The notes beneath the pieces are model-generated. The model was not told the DNA's origin and ran no database searches. It saw nothing but the letters and a program-made list of their open reading frames with translations. Made by a program: the position numbers and the translations under genes. From NCBI GenBank assembly GCA_977017575.1, contig CDRNVI010000041.1:1-64000 (forward strand): DNA of 64,000 nt, written 5' to 3'. Shown here piece after piece: positions 44,842-52,549 of this stretch. Within the stretch, counting starts at the first letter, position 1. Each line of letters begins with the position of its first letter. Origin of the DNA: Paramoeba atlantica. Lineage: Eukaryota > Protista > Discosea.

Positions 44842-45807
44842 ATGCCTGAATTCAACGCCCCTCAATCATGTCCTCCCGATGTGGAGACCAAATATTTTGC
44901 CCAACGATATGAACTCTGGTCGAAATACGACAGCGGTGTAGCGATTGACACCGAGAGTTGGTACAGCGCCACCCCGGAATCCATTGCGACACACATAGCA
45001 TCGCGATGTTGGAAATGGTATGGCAGTCGGTGCACTGAAAGCACAACGCAAGAGTCACGGATAGCGGCACAACCATCTTCCCTAGCACTGGGAAATGAAA
45101 AAAATGGACCTCAGCTCACATTTGTTGACGGAATGTGCGGATGTGGCTCCAACGCTATACAGCTTGCCTTGTTTTTTGACAAGATAATAGCAGTAGACAT
45201 TGACCCACGAAAGATAGAGATGGCGCAACACAATGCAAAAATTTATGGGGTAGCCAAAAAAATTGAGTTTCATACGTCGGACGTATTCGAACTCCTCGAG
45301 AACGAACTCTTGCCAAGGTTTCAGAAATCTAATGAAGAAACCCAACAGGGTGGGCAGGAAGAACTCTGTGGAGTATTTTTATCCCCACCCTGGGGTGGCC
45401 CGTTGTATTCTTTGACTGCGTATTATGATTTGCGAGATACCAACCCTAGCACGCTTGACTTGGTGGCAGCGTGCAGAGGACTCACCCCGAATGTCGTATT
45501 ATACCTTCCACGCAACATTCGTGCCGAACAAGCCACCTTGTTGGCCCACCCTCCTACTCAGTTACCTCTGTGTTGCATTGAACATTGTATGATACGTCCC
45601 CCGAAAGCAAAGGCTACCGTGGTGTATTATTTTGACGCTCATTTGCCTACGGAAAGACTCGTACGCAGTGTTCCGACGCCCAGCGACGCCTCCCAGTGGC
45701 CCTCGGGTGTCCTTCCTAGCCCGATTCGTGGAGATGAACTTGAAAAATCCATGCGAGACTATGTTGGTCAGCTGATCCAGAATGTACGGATCAAGACCAA
45801 CAAATAG
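44842..45807 (+). CDS. TGS1: trimethylguanosine synthase
   Basis: KYFAQRYELWSKYD, ESWYSATPESIA, VDGMCGCGSNAIQ, VFLSPPWGGP. Confidence 0.9.
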   Translation: MPEFNAPQSCPPDVETKYFAQRYELWSKYDSGVAIDTESWYSATPESIATHIASRCWKWYGSRCTESTTQESRIAAQPSSLALGNEKNGPQLTFVDGMCGCGSNAIQLALFFDKIIAVDIDPRKIEMAQHNAKIYGVAKKIEFHTSDVFELLENELLPRFQKSNEETQQGGQEELCGVFLSPPWGGPLYSLTAYYDLRDTNPSTLDLVAACRGLTPNVVLYLPRNIRAEQATLLAHPPTQLPLCCIEHCMIRPPKAKATVVYYFDAHLPTERLVRSVPTPSDASQWPSGVLPSPIRGDELEKSMRDYVGQLIQNVRIKTNK

Positions 45808-46121
45808 AGATGACACGTTGCGGTATCGCACTCTGTTTTTCATCACTTTCGGTTACTGGGGATATGACCCGCATACCGTGAGACTGTCTCTTTGATTGTG
45901 ATGTGTCAACACTTGCATTACGGCTTCGCTTGTCCCTTTTCGGTCATCCACATAGGAGAACCAGTATGATGCTTTCTCCACACTTCAACTACTGTAGAGA
46001 GGTGGTTTTTCAAGAAAGTGAAGTGCGGCCGTTTCGCGTCGAATACGGTGGCGTTCAGCGGCATTTCCCAGTACAGCGTTCGTGCCATCTGCCTTATTCA
46101 TTTTGACATACACATTGTATA

Positions 46122-46829
46122 CAGTCCAGGTATTGGTTTCCCCCCCAGGCTCCAGAGCGCGCCGTAAGAGCTTTTGACCTGATTCCTTCGGCATTCAACA
46201 GATCTCGAAAAACTAGAGCGTTTCCCACAGTTGCTTTGCCCATCACCCCCCCTGGGTCCTAGGTGGGCGTGGTGAAAGTTGGCAAATTTCAAAAAAAAAT
46301 ATTTTCGAGGGGGGGTAAAAAATGAAAAAAATGTGTATAGATTCCTATATATTAATACCTACAATGGTCTCCTTGAACGCTCCGCACAATTCGCAAGCGT
46401 TTAGGAACTGAATTTACACAAATTAAGAATTGGCGTCGATAAGGATGACGCTTAAGCATCACAAATGGCTTTCTTTATCGCCCTCCGGAGCTGTTTTTCG
46501 GTCCCTGGTTTCAAATTTTCTTTTACAATTCGGTCAAGGCGCTCTGGGAGTGCATTTCGTGACGTTTTATGGGTAATAGGGGGTATCTTGCTTTTCGGCG
46601 AGTTGTACTGGCCTTTAGTACTGGTCTTTAGTAGATTTGATGGGAGTATCCCTCGAATTCATAGAATGAGAAACCATATTTGAATGAAAAACTCCCAGTA
46701 GGTCTGATAGGCAAACAAACGGCGGGAAACGCTCTAGTTTTTCAAGATCTGTTGAATGCCGAAGGAATTAGGTCAAAAGCTCTTACGGTGTGTTCTGGAG
46801 CCTGGGGGGGAAAACCAGTACCTGGACTG
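46122..46829. mobile_element. MITE with ~105-bp TIRs, TA-flanked
   Basis: TA|CAGTCCAGGTATTGG...GAGCGTTTCCC and GGGAAACGCTC...CCAGTACCTGGACTG|TA. Confidence 0.85.
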
Positions 46830-47011
46830 TATATACATTGTATCCCTGTCAGATAATCTGGTATAATCACTGTTAGATAGGGGAAACCGAAGCTAATTTT
46901 CAACGGGCAATTTACTTGTACTACGGTTTGATTCTGCAATTCTCTTGGTTCTACGGCTTACTGCAATAGACATTTTCTCATTTTTCTCATACGCGTGAAA
47001 AAAGTAGGTTG

Positions 47012-48247
47012 ATGGATGAGTGCGAGGAGCTGCCAACTCGACGGGGGCGCGTCACGGGTAATCTCCCACAAGAAATTACACTCATGCGGGTGATAGCAGA
47101 AATAGAAAACCCTCACTACAGCTGGTCCGCAGAAACTCCGGCAAGTAAATGGGACGGAGTGTCTTGTGAATCGACGGGTGAAATTTACAAAATCTCGTGG
47201 AAAGGATTCGCGTTTCGTGGCAAACTGCGCTGGGAACTTTTGGCCGAGAAAGCTTGTATCGTAGAGGTTACCGCTGGGTGGCGGTGTAGCCGATACTTTT
47301 CCAGCAACTTCCTGACTGGAGTTTTACCCACGGCGAGCCTTCCGAATAGGTTACATACCTTGGACGCTAGTTATGGTACAGTGATGGGACACGTCGACCT
47401 ATGTACTCTCCCTCCTGAACTGTTGTCTCTGAGGAACTGTTGTCTCTAAAGATACAGTTTCTGTACCTTGTTGGTACATTTTCCCTTTAGTTCATCTTTT
47501 CTTTCCCCGGCAACGGGCATAATCTTACTGTTTTATATGCCCGTTGCCGGCCGGCACTAAGGCCGAAACTGTCCCTCTTTCTCGGCGAAGTAGGGGACGC
47601 GCTTCCACCCCATCACCCCTCCCCGGCTCACTCCTTGAGTGGGTTTTCTTCCCTCCCCGGCTTTCTTCCCTTCGCGCCCTTTTCTTCCCGGGGAGCCATG
47701 CGCCATGGTGGCCTCCCTTGAGGACCACTGGGCGTGGCTCTGCCTCGCAATATCGCGAGGCAGCGGTCGGTTGCAGTGCGCCCCTCCGGCTGCGTAAAGA
47801 GGTGGTGAGTTGCCTGGACCACCTCTACCGACTAGGACCGAGTCGGTTGCAGTGCGCCCCTCCGGCTGCGTAAAGAGAGGGCGAGTTGCCTGGACCCCCT
47901 CTACCGACAGAGTCCGAGCTAAACCCCCTTGGTGCGACATCCGTCAATACGGATTGTGCCGATGATATCGGCTGTCGCATCAAGGGCTGTATCTCTGCGC
48001 CAACGAGCGCATGAACATCAAAATGAATGAAAATTACCTCGAAGGGCCCCTCGATTTTACAAAATTGCCAGCGAGCTTACTTTTTTTGTCACTTACAAGC
48101 TTCTCCTGTAAGGTAAACTATGGAGTAGTTGACTTTACTGCTTTGCCGAAAAAATTAACAAGTATACTCTTAATTGGTTCCAAGGTCATACCGAAGGACG
48201 GCATTATACCCGATATTGTCAAAATGAGCTCAGGATATTCACTTTGA
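47012..48247 (+). pseudogene. LRR family protein 11, interrupted by the SL-headed element
   Basis: Removing 47435-48022 joins CTG AGG to ATG AAT GAA AAT (LPPELLSLR-MNENYLEG); RGRVTGNLPQE motif. Confidence 0.85.
47447..48022 (+). mobile_element. spliced-leader-headed structured non-coding element, copy 2 (576 bp)
   Basis: Same first nucleotide as copy 1; about 8 differences plus A-tract length; preceded by a 12-nt copy of upstream target sequence. Confidence 0.9.
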
Positions 48248-48507
48248 AGAAGTGTTAGTTGGAGAACAATACATGCATGTATAAAAGAAGAGTACATGTA
48301 TGTACATGTACATGTACATGTGTTACATGCTGTATAGATACTATGTAGTGTAGTAGATACCAAGGTTTAAATTGTTGCAATGCTGTACTGTGTGTACTGT
48401 ACGTACAACTGTACTGTTACTGTTTGTATACAGTAGTGTTTGTATTATTGTATATTATTCCACAATATCATTGTGTGTCATATCCTGCGTATTTAACTAT
48501 TTTCTAT

Positions 48508-50028
48508 ATGGACTCACGTGGATTTCTTCTGTCACCCTCGGTCCCACCTGTTTCATGGTCTTACGAGCTTTCCCCCTCCCCATCGCTTTCCCCGCACGCC
48601 GATATTCCCTTATGTCACACGATCTCCTCTACGATGCCTCACTATCCATGTGTCCCGACAACCTCATTCGATGCCCCGAACATGAGCTCAGACCCTTTCC
48701 AAGAAGGGTATCCGTGCATAGTAACTCCCATACGTGATTTGTCGCTGTCACCTCCGGTCCCTGTGCAACCGGACCCTGTTCCTCTTGTCGCACTAGCTGG
48801 CCGCATCGTCTCGTTGAGCAAAGAAGAGTCCGGCTCTCGTCTACTTCTTCGTATTCTCCAAGACGCCACTAGGGGGGATATTGAAACCGTTTACTCGGAG
48901 TTTCAGGTGCTAACGGAAACACAATTAAGCGATCTACTAACCCGGCGACACGCGGCTTCCGTTTTCCAACGTATTTTTGAGTTGTGCGATTGTACACAAC
49001 GATCCAAATTGATTGAACTGCTCGCACCTTCCATACGGATGTTAGGATGCAATGAGCGCGGTACTTATCCAATTCGGAAAGTCGTAGAAAGTCTCGAATC
49101 TGTTGATCAAGCATCAGTTTTTTTGAAGTACCTGTGTGCGACGAACGAAAACCACACCACTGAGTTTCCTTTACTAAGAACATTACGGGACAGAAATGGA
49201 GCCCACGTAATTCGTAGACTTCTCCAACGGATAAAACATAAGGGTTGGCTCTGTGAGTTTCCTGACCTACTCGACCCCTTTCTGCATCAAATTGTGTCTG
49301 CATTAGTGTATTTGGCTAAATCTGCAGAGGGTTGCAGTTTACTCGAATATCTGTTTTCTATGCTCCCATCCCAGAGCAAAGCTTTTCTTGTGGGACACGT
49401 ACTCGAGAATACGGGAGAATTTTTAACTGATCCTTACGGCATCACTCTGCTTAGTTACATTTTAGATTTCTCTTCAGAGTACGTTACTGCTCACATTTCC
49501 CGTACTCTATTAAAATTTGCGGACGACAAGAGTGCTTTGTCTTCGTTCATATCGCGTGATCACAGTGCTCAGTTCGTCATTAAATTATTCGCGTCTGCTT
49601 CTACTGATATTCGGGACTTGATAATACTTTGGTTCGTTGAGCACGCGTCGGAAAGTCATTCTAGCATGGATTTAATGTACTTTGTGCAGAGTATAGCAAA
49701 CCACTGTACTGATCGACAAAAAGGCGTCCTCTATTTGAGCATTTCTTCTGTTCGCGAACATGGAACCTCAGAAGGCCAGACAGGAGTGGTTGAGAATGCT
49801 GGCATCCTTGACAGAAAAAGTAGGGAAGAACATAACTACACTAACGTTCCTCACTCCATTGAACTTCGATACCCTGCGCCCACACTCGATTCCGAAAAGC
49901 AGACATCGCACAGTTTTCCATACTTTGAAGCCAGTACCGAGGAAACATTAAAACCATATTACGTAACATTTTTACCTCCAGAATTTAATAAACGAGCTTT
50001 TGCAAGTAACCTTGCTTTCCAATCATAA
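48508..50028 (+). CDS. divergent Pumilio/PUF repeat protein
   Basis: ~36-aa repeats LSKEESGSRLL, LGCNERGTYPIRK, LRDRNGAHVIRR, LAKSAEGCSLLE, FLTDPYGITLL; start uncertain. Confidence 0.7.
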   Translation: MDSRGFLLSPSVPPVSWSYELSPSPSLSPHADIPLCHTISSTMPHYPCVPTTSFDAPNMSSDPFQEGYPCIVTPIRDLSLSPPVPVQPDPVPLVALAGRIVSLSKEESGSRLLLRILQDATRGDIETVYSEFQVLTETQLSDLLTRRHAASVFQRIFELCDCTQRSKLIELLAPSIRMLGCNERGTYPIRKVVESLESVDQASVFLKYLCATNENHTTEFPLLRTLRDRNGAHVIRRLLQRIKHKGWLCEFPDLLDPFLHQIVSALVYLAKSAEGCSLLEYLFSMLPSQSKAFLVGHVLENTGEFLTDPYGITLLSYILDFSSEYVTAHISRTLLKFADDKSALSSFISRDHSAQFVIKLFASASTDIRDLIILWFVEHASESHSSMDLMYFVQSIANHCTDRQKGVLYLSISSVREHGTSEGQTGVVENAGILDRKSREEHNYTNVPHSIELRYPAPTLDSEKQTSHSFPYFEASTEETLKPYYVTFLPPEFNKRAFASNLAFQS

Positions 50029-50497
50029 AGTCTGTCCCAGAGTCACGCATGAGCATTCAAGGAGAAGTTTATCCGCAACGAAGGGGTCGGATGTCCATGA
50101 GCGGGGATAGAGCTGAGATCACAAGAGATCACACAAACAAACAGCACGAAAAAAAAATGTGCTCTACAGCACAAAAAATGGCGCATAATCTTTCCCATTG
50201 TCTCTCTCCCATTATGCGCTCCAGATAAAACTCAAACTGAGATACCGTGAGATCACATGAATTTACACCCCTTGCCTAAATGTAATGCAGTTTTCTTAAC
50301 TTCATGTACCATGTGTAGTCATAAGTAGGGTCAAATTAGATTTATTTTTAGATGGTAAGAAAAGGAATCGCAACCCTTCTACTAGAAGTGTTCAAATGGG
50401 AACAGAAACAAATGTATTTAGAAGCATTTTTAATTTCTTCAGAAGACTGTCAATGAAACCCAAGCAATGCACGCCAAAGAAATCAATGCTTTAAAGA

Positions 50498-52351
50498 ATG
50501 CCTCGAACAAGAAATAAGAAACGGAGACTGTCAGAAACTGAGAACCATGTAAAAGGAAATGTTCTTCTTCGCAGATTGCCTACATTGCAGGAAAGTGACC
50601 TCAAAGTTGCTGCAGATGATGTGCTCTTCGTTACGTGGGAACAGCTTCCTTTACACCCGGATCTTCGTCGAGCACTTCAACGCGCGATTCACCTTTCACA
50701 TGCGACGCATTGCCAGGCTTTGTCTTTTTTTGCCCTCCAAGTGATCGGAAGCTCTGCGGTTGTAGAAGCTCACACGGGGTGTGGAAAAACTCTGGGGTTT
50801 CTTATTCCCGTTTTGCACCGCTTGCTGTCGTATAACCTCAACTATGAACGCGCACACGATGGCCAGCCATATCGCCGTAATCAGACCCACGCTGTTGTTG
50901 TTTCTCCGTGCACGTTTCTTGTGGAACAATCCTACCTCGTGGCAAAGCAACTAACGTCAAGCTTGCCATACGATATTACCCCTGTGCTTCGCACTGGGCA
51001 TTCAGAAGGTAAAACGAAGGCATCGACAACAAAAAACGAACTAGGACAGAAGACCCGGGGAGGTGGTGTGATTCTTTTTACTACACCAGCTGAGTTAGAA
51101 AAGTGTATGCGATGTTACGACGAGCATGGCGCTAAGACAGACGAAATATTTTCCCGCAGCCACGAAGGGGGGGAGCGTACGCTGTTACTAATCCTTGATG
51201 AAGCAGATGTATTGCTAGAAGATAAACAGCGAATGTCTGATATTCTTAGGAATATTGATATCTTTACAAATGATGGCACAACCGGGGCGACACTCATTGA
51301 TAATACGAAGCATTCGCAACGAATCGATTTTGGGCTTTTTGGTGCCACGTGCCTCCACTCAAACGCCGTGGCTGATTTTCTTAGTTTACGAGGCCTCGAT
51401 ATGTCTGAGCAGAACCGCAACATCTTTGTGTCTGATCGAATACTTTCGAATCAAGGAGATAAACCTGAAAACGAAAAAGGCATTTACAGTATCTCACAGA
51501 GTTCAAATTTATGCAGAAATTCAGATATTAATGGTGAAGATCCTGTATTCGAGAGTCTTTGTGAGGTTGTGGACACTATTTTTACTCATAAATTGGACCA
51601 GAAAGATCCATCCATGCCTCTTGTACGTATCTTAAAACACCCTCCCTGGTCCGTAATACAGCTCCAAAATGAGACAGCGCTGGAAGCCCGTCTATCAAAT
51701 CGGTACGTGCTGTTTTCTGCTCCTACGTTTTCTTATGACATGAGTTATCTGGTCCATGTTTTAAATTTGCACCCCTCACAAAAGCACATTGTCTTTTGTG
51801 CCAATGGACGGCGCGCAGAGCTTGTCGGACGAAGGCTTCAGCTGGCGAGTGAGCATAAATGGCTGGCATTTTCAGGAGCTGCAATCATAACCTTTCATGA
51901 ACAGTTGAAATCAACCGTACGGCAGGAGAGATATCTGAATTTTCTTAATCATGAGGTGCACGTTTCAGCGAGGTTCAATAGAGTTAATTTATTTCCTACA
52001 ACTGATGCAAAACACGGTGCTGTTTTAGTTACAACGGATCTAGCTGCTCACGGTCTCGATATTCGCGATGTAAGCTACGTGATTCATTTTGATATCCCTA
52101 CTTCAGCAAAGTCCTATGCCCACCGAGTCGGTCGAGTGGCTCGCATGGGCCTGAGTGGCACAAACATTGTGATGCTTTCACATGGGAGAGTGGGTTACAC
52201 TTCCAATGAATCAAATAACATCCGTACATTAGATGCATGTAAAAATCTTGTGGAAGACATGCGTAAGGTCATTGAAATTTGCCCATGGGAGCTTAAGGAT
52301 GTCATGCAGTTCGATTTTCGTGATACTGAAACGAAGATATCCAACAAATGA
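50498..52351 (+). CDS. DEAD-box RNA helicase, SPB4/DDX55-like
   Basis: AHTGCGKT, LILDEAD, GLFGAT, TDLAAHGLDI, YAHRVGRVARMG. Confidence 0.85.
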   Translation: MPRTRNKKRRLSETENHVKGNVLLRRLPTLQESDLKVAADDVLFVTWEQLPLHPDLRRALQRAIHLSHATHCQALSFFALQVIGSSAVVEAHTGCGKTLGFLIPVLHRLLSYNLNYERAHDGQPYRRNQTHAVVVSPCTFLVEQSYLVAKQLTSSLPYDITPVLRTGHSEGKTKASTTKNELGQKTRGGGVILFTTPAELEKCMRCYDEHGAKTDEIFSRSHEGGERTLLLILDEADVLLEDKQRMSDILRNIDIFTNDGTTGATLIDNTKHSQRIDFGLFGATCLHSNAVADFLSLRGLDMSEQNRNIFVSDRILSNQGDKPENEKGIYSISQSSNLCRNSDINGEDPVFESLCEVVDTIFTHKLDQKDPSMPLVRILKHPPWSVIQLQNETALEARLSNRYVLFSAPTFSYDMSYLVHVLNLHPSQKHIVFCANGRRAELVGRRLQLASEHKWLAFSGAAIITFHEQLKSTVRQERYLNFLNHEVHVSARFNRVNLFPTTDAKHGAVLVTTDLAAHGLDIRDVSYVIHFDIPTSAKSYAHRVGRVARMGLSGTNIVMLSHGRVGYTSNESNNIRTLDACKNLVEDMRKVIEICPWELKDVMQFDFRDTETKISNK

Positions 52352-52549
52352 GATACATCAATTGTCCATGTAAGCGTGATTTATATCCTCGAAGAGCCCA
52401 ATTTCGATATGACGTATCCATTCAGATTATCGTAAATCTACTCAAATTATCGTTGATTTACGATTTATAAACACCAAAGGAGCAAACCTTTTAAAGCTTT
52501 AATTAAAACTCTTTCAGATTTCTTTGCATTATTTACCTCTACCTTCACT

